NCBI GenBank assembly: GCA_015064445.1 | Contig: SVSE01000001.1 | Coordinates: 277,789 to 341,788 of the forward strand | Direction: 5' to 3' | Length of the DNA: 64,000 nucleotides | DNA from: Oscillospiraceae bacterium | GTDB taxonomy: Bacteria > Bacillota > Clostridia > Oscillospirales > CAG-272 | Part shown: positions 17,435 to 25,392 of the stretch, in pieces | Layout: every line of letters starts with the position of its first letter | Position numbering within the stretch: position 1 is the first letter of the stretch | Made by a program: the position numbers and the translations under genes | The notes under the pieces: generated by a model | What the model saw: only the letters and a program-made list of their open reading frames with translations | What the model was told of the DNA's origin: nothing | Databases searched by the model: none

Positions 17435-19264
17435 TTATTTGTACATAGGACCATATGCAGCACAAGCACGGTAGTCCTGACCTTCCTTATCCATACCAAA
17501 TGCGTTCCAAGCAGCAGGACGGAAAATCTTATCCTCTGGAACATTGTGCATACAAACAGGAATTCTCAACATTGAGCAAAGTGTGATAAGGTCTGCACCG
17601 ATGTGTCCATAGCTGATAGCGCCATGGTTAGCGCCCCAGTTTTGCATAACCTCATAAGCTGTCTTGAATGGGCTTCCCTCTTTACCATCGCATCTAGGAG
17701 CGAACCATGTGCAAGGCCATGTAGGATTAGTTCTTTCCATAAGCTTATCAGAAACATCATCAGGAAGCTTAACAGTCCAGCCCTCTGCGATTTGAAGAAC
17801 AGGACCAAGTCCCTTAACAAGGTTAAGTCTTATCATTGTACAAGGCATTTCTGCTCTTGTTGTAAAGTGGCTGGAGAATCCGCCTCCTCTGAAGTTATCA
17901 AAGCCTGCCTCACACCATACAGTAGCGTCGGTCATCTTCTTGATATCCTCTTCGGTAACCTCCCACCATTTTTTCATAACTGCATTTCCGTTTTCGTCAG
18001 TGCATTCTCCACAAGCATCAAGGCAAGCAGCGCCTGAGTTAAGAAGGTGAATAATACCATTGCATTCCTTTGCCTTACCCTCAAACTTGTAGCCTGTTAC
18101 TCTCTCGGTAGCCTCGCCTGACCAATATGTACGAACATCTGCAAAAATTTGTGCTCTATGAGTAAGAAGTCTCATAAACAACATACAAATTCCGTTAAGA
18201 ACATCGTTTTCGGTTGCGAGAGTATATGGCTCTCTTGCTCCGTTATGGTCAAATGTTGAGGAAAGAAGAGCCTCAGGATAGTCACAGTTTGGCCAGTGGT
18301 CAGTCCACTGTCTTTGTCCCTGGAAGCCACCTGCGATTGCATTATGACCAGCTCTTTCTTCTACAAATGCATCAGGAAGATCATTATTTCCAGCCATAAG
18401 GTCCTTTATAATGCAGTACATTTTAACAGTGAATTCCCACTGCTTATCCTTTTCTTCCTTAGTAAACTTAATTTTTCTATCTTCTCCAAGGAATTGTACG
18501 GAGTCAGGATTATCATCTCTACCCTCTTTACAATGCTCGCGAGTCCAAGCAAGAGCCTTTTGATATTCCTCTTCGTTATAAATTCCCTCTTCCATTCTTC
18601 TGAGGATTTCAACCTCATCAACGGATTCTACTCTCATACCGAGATAGCTTTCCATGAAGTCCTGATCCATAATAGAGCCAGCGATTCCCATACACTGTGA
18701 ACCGATTTGGAGATAGCTCTTACCTCTCATTGTAGCAACTGCAACAGCTGCTCTTCCAAAGCGAAGGAGCTTTTCCTTAACATCCTCAGGAATTTCGCCA
18801 ACATCTCCAACATCCTGTACATCGTGTCCGTAAATACCGAATGCAGGAAGTCCCTTTTGTGCATGACCTGCAAGAACAGCTGCAAGATACACAGCACCAG
18901 GACGCTCAGTACCATTAAAGCCCCAAACACCCTTGATTGTGTTAGGATCCATATCCATTGTTTCAGAGCCATAGCACCAGCATGACGTTACAGAAAGTGT
19001 AATATCAACACCTTCTCTTCTAAATTTTTCAGCGCATGCAGCAGCCTCTGGAACTCTACCGATACAGGTATCAGCGATAACTACCTTAACAGGTGTTCCG
19101 TTTGAGTAGAAAAGATTTTCCTCAAAAAGCTTCTTTGCAGCATTTGCCATTGCCCATACTGTAGGCTCAAGATTTTCTCTGAGCTGCATTGGGCCACGAC
19201 GACCGTCAATACAAGGACGAATTCCAATAACAGGATATTCTCCAACATATCTGTTTTTTGCCAT
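17435..19264 (-). CDS. fucI: L-fucose isomerase
   Basis: 609 aa, collinear with E. coli FucI as remembered: [77 protein letters not shown]. Confidence 0.92.
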   Translation of the reverse strand: MAKNRYVGEYPVIGIRPCIDGRRGPMQLRENLEPTVWAMANAAKKLFEENLFYSNGTPVKVVIADTCIGRVPEAAACAEKFRREGVDITLSVTSCWCYGSETMDMDPNTIKGVWGFNGTERPGAVYLAAVLAGHAQKGLPAFGIYGHDVQDVGDVGEIPEDVKEKLLRFGRAAVAVATMRGKSYLQIGSQCMGIAGSIMDQDFMESYLGMRVESVDEVEILRRMEEGIYNEEEYQKALAWTREHCKEGRDDNPDSVQFLGEDRKIKFTKEEKDKQWEFTVKMYCIIKDLMAGNNDLPDAFVEERAGHNAIAGGFQGQRQWTDHWPNCDYPEALLSSTFDHNGAREPYTLATENDVLNGICMLFMRLLTHRAQIFADVRTYWSGEATERVTGYKFEGKAKECNGIIHLLNSGAACLDACGECTDENGNAVMKKWWEVTEEDIKKMTDATVWCEAGFDNFRGGGFSSHFTTRAEMPCTMIRLNLVKGLGPVLQIAEGWTVKLPDDVSDKLMERTNPTWPCTWFAPRCDGKEGSPFKTAYEVMQNWGANHGAISYGHIGADLITLCSMLRIPVCMHNVPEDKIFRPAAWNAFGMDKEGQDYRACAAYGPMYK

Positions 19265-19357
19265 TTTTATTTCCCCTTTAAATATTTATTTGTTATTTTA
19301 ATTATAATATTTTAGCATCTCAAAATCAAGAGATTTTGGAATATAATTGAAGTTTTT

Positions 19358-20098
19358 TCAATTTTCCAAGAATTTTATAGCCCTATCAATATCGCTTGGA
19401 CCGTGTGGATGATGATCTACGCCTACCTTTTTGTCAACAAAGAGCAAATTTTCAATACCATTTGCCACATACGCTCGCTCAAGGGCTATTCCATTTTCGT
19501 GATATGGAACGGTTTTATCGCTATCTCCATATGCCATGTAGACCTTTATCTTATTCTCTACGAGCTTATCGAGCTTATCAATTGGATGACCTCTAAAAAG
19601 CAAAAGCTCGCTTTTTGTCATATGCCATGCATTTTCAAATTCAGTCCACATACCGTCAGTTACATCAGTTGAGTCAACGAAGCGACCAGGACAGCTGAGA
19701 TAGTTCATAACAGGAGCATCAATATACAATGCATCAATGCAATCGGGATGCGAGGCAGCAAGATGCACGGACATCATTCCACCACAGCTCATTCCTATTG
19801 TAATTACTTTATTAGATATACCAAGCTCTCTTGAAGTATAATTTATAAATTCATATTGATCCTCAATTTGCTCAGAGGTGCCCCAACGATTACGGTTCTC
19901 AATGAAAATAAGAGTATAGCCTCTTCTAACCATTTCATTTTGAAGCTCCGGAAAAGCAGAAAAATACTCTGTTTTTAGAATTGTTTTTCCGTTTCTCTTA
20001 CTCTCATCCTCCAAAGAAACCACTATGCATTTTTTGCTTTTGAAATAAAATTCAATATGGCGCAATCCATCATATTTATATTCAGTAATAATTTCCAT
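19358..20098 (-). CDS. Alpha/beta hydrolase (esterase/peptidase S9-like fold)
   Basis: 246 aa from MEIITEYKYDG. The nucleophile elbow is GMSCGGM, with D and H in the C-terminal YGDSD..VDHHPHG. The track ORF extends to 20368 but would overlap thiT and its terminator. Confidence 0.65.
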   Translation of the reverse strand: MEIITEYKYDGLRHIEFYFKSKKCIVVSLEDESKRNGKTILKTEYFSAFPELQNEMVRRGYTLIFIENRNRWGTSEQIEDQYEFINYTSRELGISNKVITIGMSCGGMMSVHLAASHPDCIDALYIDAPVMNYLSCPGRFVDSTDVTDGMWTEFENAWHMTKSELLLFRGHPIDKLDKLVENKIKVYMAYGDSDKTVPYHENGIALERAYVANGIENLLFVDKKVGVDHHPHGPSDIDRAIKFLEN

Positions 20099-20154
20099 AT
20101 GTACCTCTCTATAATTTGCTACTTCTATTTTATAATTTTTCGCGCGCAAAGTCA

Positions 20155-20183
20155 AGAAAAAAGCACGCAAATGCGTGCTTTTT
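20155..20183 (-). terminator. Rho-independent terminator after thiT
   Basis: Hairpin AAGCACGCAtttGCGTGCTT followed by a U-run on the minus strand. Confidence 0.75.
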
Positions 20184-20184
20184 G

Positions 20185-20784
20185 TTAGTTTTCCTTTGTA
20201 AGAAGCTTTTCTATTTGAGATGATGACATAAGAAGTACTGCAATCACGAGTGTAATTATAAGCTCTGGAAGCATATATTGACCATTGTAGAGCAATGAAT
20301 AAAGGAATTTTCCCATTCCATCTGGCGCCCATTGTCCCCAAATTGCAACACCGGTTATGTAGTGACAAACGAAACGCGCTGCAATGATTGCACCAAACGT
20401 AATTGATGCCTTAACAATCGAGAGCTTCTTCTCTTCCTTTGGTCTTGCGAATGCAGAAAATCCAAGAATTGAAAATGGCACAATATAATCAAAGAGTGCA
20501 CAAATTAAAACCGTACCAAAGGTTGTGCAATAAATAAACACATCCCCCTCTATCAAGGCCTGTGAAATCTGAATCAAGGCATAAATTCCAGATGAGGCAA
20601 ACCCCCATTTGTAGCCAAATTTCAAGCCGATGAAAAGAATCGGGAGCATACTTGCTAAGGTTACAGATCCTCCCATAGGCATCTTGTAAACTGGCAAAAA
20701 GCTTAAAACGGTTGCAAGCGCGACAAAAACTGCGCTTTGTGTGAGAGCAAGAATTTTCCTGCTTTGCTGTGATTTTGTTTCCAT
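20185..20784 (-). CDS. thiT: Thiamine transporter ThiT (ECF S-component / YuaJ-type)
   Basis: 199 aa with 6 TM helices, directly downstream of a TPP riboswitch and adjacent to thiamine pyrophosphokinase. AGGAGG RBS. Confidence 0.75.
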   Translation of the reverse strand: METKSQQSRKILALTQSAVFVALATVLSFLPVYKMPMGGSVTLASMLPILFIGLKFGYKWGFASSGIYALIQISQALIEGDVFIYCTTFGTVLICALFDYIVPFSILGFSAFARPKEEKKLSIVKASITFGAIIAARFVCHYITGVAIWGQWAPDGMGKFLYSLLYNGQYMLPELIITLVIAVLLMSSSQIEKLLTKEN

Positions 20785-20796
20785 AAGAAACCTCCT

Positions 20797-20940
20797 AAAA
20801 TATAAAATTACCGCACAGGAAAATATCCATGCGGTAACAATATTTTAAGAATCAATATTATCTTCCTACGCCGGCATTATCCGTATCAGGTTAAAGGGTT
20901 TGGAATTTCCATCTCAGCCATAACAGCACCCCTGAATATT
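20797..20940 (-). promoter_or_regulatory. TPP (THI-box) riboswitch with intrinsic terminator expression platform
   Basis: The minus-strand RNA CAGGGGTGCTGTTATGGCTGAGATGGAAATTCCAAACCCTTTAACCTGATACGGATAATGCCGGCGTAGGAAGA carries the GGGGUGC, CUGAGA, ACCCUUUAACCUGAU, GGAUAAUGCC and GCGUAGGAA consensus blocks. It is followed by hairpin ACCGCATGG..CCTGTGCGGT (20810-20835) and a U-rich tract just before the thiT RBS. Confidence 0.93.
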
Positions 20941-20958
20941 TAATTGTGCGATGAGAAG

Positions 20959-20987
20959 ATTTTAACACCATTTTATTTTCTTGTCAA
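20959..20987 (-). promoter_or_regulatory. Sigma-A type promoter for riboswitch-thiT, embedded in the 3' end of thiN
   Basis: On the minus strand: TTGACA, a 17-nt spacer, then TAAAAT. The -35 lies inside the last thiN codons (..YLTRK*). Confidence 0.6.
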
Positions 20988-21611
20988 GTACTTTTCATAA
21001 TTTTCCTTTGAGGTATACAAAATAAGTGTTCCATTTTGCACAGAAATTTCAGATGCCACACCAATAAATTCATTGCTTACGCCAAGAGGCTCCTTGCTTT
21101 CCAAAATCGCATTATCAAGCTCGTATAAAAGCCCTTTTTCAAAAACGCCAAAAGCCTTTTCACAAGTGGAAAAAACAGATATTCTGCCACTTGCATTTTC
21201 ATCAAAGAAAGCGGTTGAATTTGTAATGGCAAGCACTACATTTTCACCATCGTAAAAGGCTATTTCAATACCCTTGATAGAATATTTTGAGAGCAATGAC
21301 AAATTGGCGATTGTATGGTCAAGAGCCCCACCAATTGCGCCAAAAATTTTTATATTTTTGTAGCCCATTTCGATAGCATATTTTATAGCAAGCTCGCTAT
21401 CAGTATAATCCTTTTTAACAGGAAAACGGATTACATTTTCGCATTCTATCGCCCCTGAATATGAGTCAAAATCCCCTATTACAGCATTGGGCTTTATTTT
21501 GTTTTTCTCGAGAACCAAATATCCTCTATCTGCGCCTATAACAAAATCGGTAGAATCAGGCTTAAAATCAAGCGTACAATCGAGCGCACATACAATGTAA
21601 CAGGTATTCAT
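20973..21611 (-). CDS. thiN: Thiamine diphosphokinase (thiamine pyrophosphokinase)
   Basis: 212 aa with VIGADRGY and VIGDFDS motifs and a C-terminal thiamine-binding beta domain. Confidence 0.85.
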   Translation of the reverse strand: MNTCYIVCALDCTLDFKPDSTDFVIGADRGYLVLEKNKIKPNAVIGDFDSYSGAIECENVIRFPVKKDYTDSELAIKYAIEMGYKNIKIFGAIGGALDHTIANLSLLSKYSIKGIEIAFYDGENVVLAITNSTAFFDENASGRISVFSTCEKAFGVFEKGLLYELDNAILESKEPLGVSNEFIGVASEISVQNGTLILYTSKENYEKYLTRK

Positions 21612-21710
21612 TTATTTTTCCTTCTCTTTTAGTTTAATTTATGATATCACAAGTAAAGAAAATTGTCAAGAAATAACGAGTTAGAGCTTCTATATTTTAA
21701 ATCATTGAAA

Positions 21711-21736
21711 CAAAAAAGCACCCCTTTTGGAGTGCT
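21711..21736 (-). terminator. Rho-independent terminator after the tRNA
   Basis: Minus-strand hairpin GCACTCCaaaaGGGGTGC followed by TTTTTT. Confidence 0.7.
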
Positions 21737-21743
21737 TTTGTTT

Positions 21744-21820
21744 TGGTGGACCAACAGGGACTCGAACCCCGGACCAACCGGTTATGAGCCGGTTGCTCTA
21801 ACCAACTGAGCTATTGGTCC
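21744..21820 (-). tRNA. tRNA with CAT anticodon; probably tRNA-Ile2 (lysidine-modified) rather than elongator Met; not an initiator
   Basis: 77 nt: GGACCAATAGCTCAGTTGGTTAGAGCAACCGGCTCATAACCGGTTGGTCCGGGGTTCGAGTCCCTGTTGGTCCACCA. It folds as a perfect cloverleaf (7-bp acceptor, GCTC/GAGC D stem, ACCGG/CCGGT anticodon stem, loop CTCATAA) with an encoded CCA. C4-G69 and C5-G68, together with overall similarity to Firmicutes Ile2 genes as remembered, favour Ile2. Confidence 0.95.
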
Positions 21821-21846
21821 TTTGCGTAACCGAAGTCACGCATTTT

Positions 21847-21875
21847 ATTTTACACATTTATTCTTTGTTTGTCAA
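21847..21875 (-). promoter_or_regulatory. Sigma-A type promoter for the tRNA gene
   Basis: On the minus strand: TTGACA, a 17-nt spacer, then TAAAAT, ending about 27 nt upstream of tRNA position 1. Confidence 0.6.
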
Positions 21876-21903
21876 TACCTTTTTTAAAATTATTTTAAAT
21901 AAT

Positions 21904-23298
21904 TCAAGTTTGATACGCGAGCTCTTCTTTTTCTGATACACTTGGACCTTTTATTCTCTTTTTCACTAATTTATAGCAAATAATGTAGTTAATTGTCAAG
22001 GCAAGGCTCGTGATAACCCAAGTAATAGGATGAACAAGATAAAGTGTGGTAAGAGATGGATACATTTTAAAAATAGTATATATCCATACAATTCTTATTC
22101 CACAAGCTCCAAAAATTGCAATCAATGATGGTGCTGTGCTATATCCAAGTCCTCTTACAGCGCCTGGTAGCACTCCCATAATTCCTGCAAGAAAATAAAT
22201 TGGAAATGTTATTTTCAATCTATCATAGCCATATTGAACGGCCACCGGATTATCCTTTATGAAAATTGACATTATAGGATCTGATAAAGCAAACGAGCCA
22301 AGTCCAAGAACTATGCCAAGCACAGCGGTCATAGAAATTGTCGTAAAAACAATCTTATTTACTCTTTCTATCTTACCAGCACCGACATTTTTGCTGACAA
22401 ATGTGGTGGCTGCATTTACAAATGACGTAAGAGTTACCCACAAAAGGCTTTCAACCGTAGATACCGCGGTGCTTCCTGCAATTGCATCGTTTCCAAAGGA
22501 GTTAACTCCAGACTGAAGAAATGCGTTTGATAGATTCATAGCACAGGATTGAATTCCAGCTGGAATACCTATTTTTATGATTTTACCAAGCTTTTGCCAA
22601 GAAAAGCTTATATTTTTAAAGCTAAATGAGAACAAGCCCTCATTTTTGATAAGTCTTATCATAATAAGAGCTGCCGAAATCGCCTGCGAAATAACGGTTG
22701 CAAGAGCAACTCCTACTACTCCCCAGTGAAAAACAGCAACAAAAAGCAGGTTTAGAAGGACATTCGCAACACCTGAAATTGCAAGGTACATAAAGGGCCT
22801 TTGTGTTTCTCCTGCGGTACGCAAAATAGCGGCGCAGAAGTTATAAATCATCGAAAAAGGAACACCTAAAACGATAATTTTCAGGTATATGGCTGCTCCT
22901 GCAAGAACTCCGTCCGTTTCGGGCGTATTCATTAGCCTCAAAACAGGCTCAAAGCAAAAGAAACCTATAATCGTTACAAGAATTCCCAAAATTGGGGCTG
23001 TTATAACGGTAGTGTCTATAACCTGCTTTACGCCCTTTTCGTCTCTCATTCCGTGGTGGAATGAGGACACAACATCGACGCCAGCAGAAATGCCCATGAA
23101 AAGCGCGACAAGCACATTGAAAATAGCACCTGTTGCTCCAACTGACGCAAGTGCAATATCTCCCGAAAATCTTCCAACTATTACAAGGTCAGCAGAGTTA
23201 TATATGCTTTGTAAAATTCCTTGAAGCATAATGGGGACAGTAAAAGCGATGATCTTCTTCGCACATCCACCATTAAGCATATCTATTTTTTCTGACAT
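21904..23298 (-). CDS. MATE-family efflux transporter
   Basis: ~464 aa with 12 TM helices and two-fold MatE repeat character (..IIAFTVPIMLQGILQSIYNSADLVIVGRF..). The ATG at 23298 has a GGAGA RBS. The track start at 23313 is a TTG. Confidence 0.85.
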   Translation of the reverse strand: MSEKIDMLNGGCAKKIIAFTVPIMLQGILQSIYNSADLVIVGRFSGDIALASVGATGAIFNVLVALFMGISAGVDVVSSFHHGMRDEKGVKQVIDTTVITAPILGILVTIIGFFCFEPVLRLMNTPETDGVLAGAAIYLKIIVLGVPFSMIYNFCAAILRTAGETQRPFMYLAISGVANVLLNLLFVAVFHWGVVGVALATVISQAISAALIMIRLIKNEGLFSFSFKNISFSWQKLGKIIKIGIPAGIQSCAMNLSNAFLQSGVNSFGNDAIAGSTAVSTVESLLWVTLTSFVNAATTFVSKNVGAGKIERVNKIVFTTISMTAVLGIVLGLGSFALSDPIMSIFIKDNPVAVQYGYDRLKITFPIYFLAGIMGVLPGAVRGLGYSTAPSLIAIFGACGIRIVWIYTIFKMYPSLTTLYLVHPITWVITSLALTINYIICYKLVKKRIKGPSVSEKEELAYQT

Positions 23299-23336
23299 AA
23301 TATCTCCAAACAAGCAATATCTATGATATTGATTTC

Positions 23337-23365
23337 ATTGTAGCACTATATTTTTGAATATTCAA
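23337..23365 (-). promoter_or_regulatory. Sigma-A type promoter for the MATE gene
   Basis: On the minus strand: TTGAAT, a 17-nt spacer, then TACAAT with a TGc extended -10. The -35 lies in the palindrome TTGAATATTCAA. Confidence 0.5.
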
Positions 23366-23391
23366 TAGATATTTGAAAATAAATCAAAAAA

Positions 23392-23421
23392 TTTAAAATG
23401 CTCTCTTTCGAGAGCATTTTT
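23392..23421 (-). terminator. Rho-independent terminator ending the secA operon
   Basis: Hairpin AAAATGCTCTCgaaaGAGAGCATTTT immediately after the stop at 23421. Confidence 0.75.
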
Positions 23422-24731
23422 TATGAGTATTTATAAATTCTCTTAAAGACCTCATCCCTTGCATAGGATGCTGAATACGTATATGTCATAAAGAATATGA
23501 TTGCCCACAAAATATTGATAACTACAAATGCGTCATTTGACGGCCTTAAAAAGACATACATTATCGAGCAATGTGCGCTTACAGCTGTGAGAATTATCGA
23601 GAAAACAAAGCGTTTTTTAGCTGTTTCCTTAAATTCCTTTACATATCCCTCAACGCTATATTCAGAGAAGAATCTTGGATTCTCGTATACTCTTTCAATA
23701 GCATATTTATTGATCAAATAAAGCCCTACTATTGCAATACCGACAAATGAGACTGCCTCTAATACTGTTGCAATAATAACAGGAATATACGCAATTTCAG
23801 ACTCTGAATACTTAAACACTGTGCCTATGTAATGGTTTTTGTCAAAGGTCATTGTAAAAATCGTATTGAGAATACTTGACACAAAATGAACAGCGAGCGA
23901 GGCAATAAGCAGCTTTTCGTGCTTTTCAATTCTTATATAGCCCTTTTTAAGAAGGAAAAAGAATCCTGTTGCAAATAGTGGGGCAAGTAAAATATCACTC
24001 AAAAATTCTATTCCATCAATGTAAAAATCAATGTTGAATAGCATAGCTATTGACATTATTCCTATTGAGAAAATGAAATCCTTTGAAAAAAATACGCTTT
24101 GTCTATCCTTCATCTCCTCGGTGAAATCAGCGTTTATCTTCTCTTTTACTTCATCTGTAAGTGTTGATTTAAAGAAGCAAATTGCTCTTATAAGCCATAC
24201 AATTCCTATTATTGATGCGAAAATTGTGAAAAGGAAGAAAAATAATGCTCTAAAACGGAACATCCATTCCTTTTGAGGATTGCTCAAGAACAGCGCGCAA
24301 AAGTCTGGAACTGTTGAGCACAAAACTCTTGTAAGGAAAAAGAAAACTGTAAACTTCTTAAGCCTTTCACTTGTTGCAACATATCGGTCCTCTCCACATC
24401 TCATACAAATAAACGAAATGCTATCGAAGAGCTTTTGGTATGCACCAATTCCGAAAATAACCTCGATTACCGAGAATGAGAATGAAAACACAAGAGCCAT
24501 TGTGGCATCTGTAAACGGAACGATTATCATACTGATAAACTTAAACACCGATATAAGCGCCATTTGCTTGAAGGCATCCTTGGTTTCGCCTGCGTTATCA
24601 TATACATATGATGCCTCGGAAAAGGCACGCATTATAAGTAAATAGCCTATAAAATCAGGAAAAACATCAAAAACGCTGACAACTGGATTAAAAAGGAATA
24701 TTGCAGCCCATATGAAATATCTTTTTTTCAT
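23421..24731 (-). CDS. Polytopic membrane protein, unknown function (apparent internal two-fold repeat)
   Basis: 436 aa with ~10-12 TM helices. The motif NPVVSVFDVFPDFIGYLLIM recurs as NIDFYIDGIEFLSDILLAPLF about 215 residues later. The start overlaps the upstream stop as ATGA (24728-24731). Confidence 0.6.
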   Translation of the reverse strand: MKKRYFIWAAIFLFNPVVSVFDVFPDFIGYLLIMRAFSEASYVYDNAGETKDAFKQMALISVFKFISMIIVPFTDATMALVFSFSFSVIEVIFGIGAYQKLFDSISFICMRCGEDRYVATSERLKKFTVFFFLTRVLCSTVPDFCALFLSNPQKEWMFRFRALFFFLFTIFASIIGIVWLIRAICFFKSTLTDEVKEKINADFTEEMKDRQSVFFSKDFIFSIGIMSIAMLFNIDFYIDGIEFLSDILLAPLFATGFFFLLKKGYIRIEKHEKLLIASLAVHFVSSILNTIFTMTFDKNHYIGTVFKYSESEIAYIPVIIATVLEAVSFVGIAIVGLYLINKYAIERVYENPRFFSEYSVEGYVKEFKETAKKRFVFSIILTAVSAHCSIMYVFLRPSNDAFVVINILWAIIFFMTYTYSASYARDEVFKRIYKYS

Positions 24732-25390
24732 TCCTTTTTATCTCCTTTGTCATTTTTGTTTTTCTCCAAATCCTTCTTTTCTCGTGGAGTCATAGCATAA
24801 TTAAGCTTATCGTTGAGAAAATCGAGAGGTGTATTGCCTGTTTTCTTGTCCATATTCTTATCATCCTCGTAGCAAATGCGAATATACGAGTTGGCAATAG
24901 TAACAAGCACCATAATTGAATACAGTATTTGCGATATAAATATGATGAGCGAAAGTCTTGACATGGCAAATTCGCTTTCTCTGAAAAAGACATTCAATAA
25001 AAGCACGCAAATTATGTAAATCACCATAAGAATATAGGTTATTATGACCTTTGTCTGAATAGAAGGAAGCTCAACCTGCTTTGCCAAAAGATAAATCGAC
25101 GTAAGTGCAAGAGCGCAGAATACAACATTTGATATCGAAAGGACAAGCGACATTGTATTAATTAGAGCTTGATTTGACGAAAGAACATATATAAACATAT
25201 ATGCCATTGATGCAATGAATTCAAGAGATGTTATTACTAAAGTAATAAAAAACACCTTGTTTTGCCTTATAAGCTCCTTTAACGAATACATAACTATTGC
25301 GCTACCTAAAACATAGGTAAAGGGAGCGAATGTTGTAAATGCTCCTAAGAGCATAAAGCAACATCCGATAAACATTATTCCAAATCCCAT
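24728..25390 (-). CDS. Polytopic membrane protein, unknown function (possibly paralogous to halves of the downstream 436-aa protein)
   Basis: 220 aa from MGFGIMFIG, with ~6 TM helices and a lysine-rich C-terminal tail. The ATG at 25390 lies 2 nt after the secA stop. The track ORF start at 25456 lies inside secA. Confidence 0.55.
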   Translation of the reverse strand: MGFGIMFIGCCFMLLGAFTTFAPFTYVLGSAIVMYSLKELIRQNKVFFITLVITSLEFIASMAYMFIYVLSSNQALINTMSLVLSISNVVFCALALTSIYLLAKQVELPSIQTKVIITYILMVIYIICVLLLNVFFRESEFAMSRLSLIIFISQILYSIMVLVTIANSYIRICYEDDKNMDKKTGNTPLDFLNDKLNYAMTPREKKDLEKNKNDKGDKKE

Positions 25391-25392
25391 TT

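Noticed and set aside
20099-20368. N-terminal extension of the alpha/beta hydrolase ORF (track start 20368). Analogous extensions occur for secA (28200), lon (56515), ispE (33759), dpaB (29506), the M50 protease (59527) and the 220-aa membrane protein (25456).
   Set aside because: The extensions overlap upstream genes or terminators and lack RBSs. Internal ATGs with good RBSs align with the expected family N-termini.
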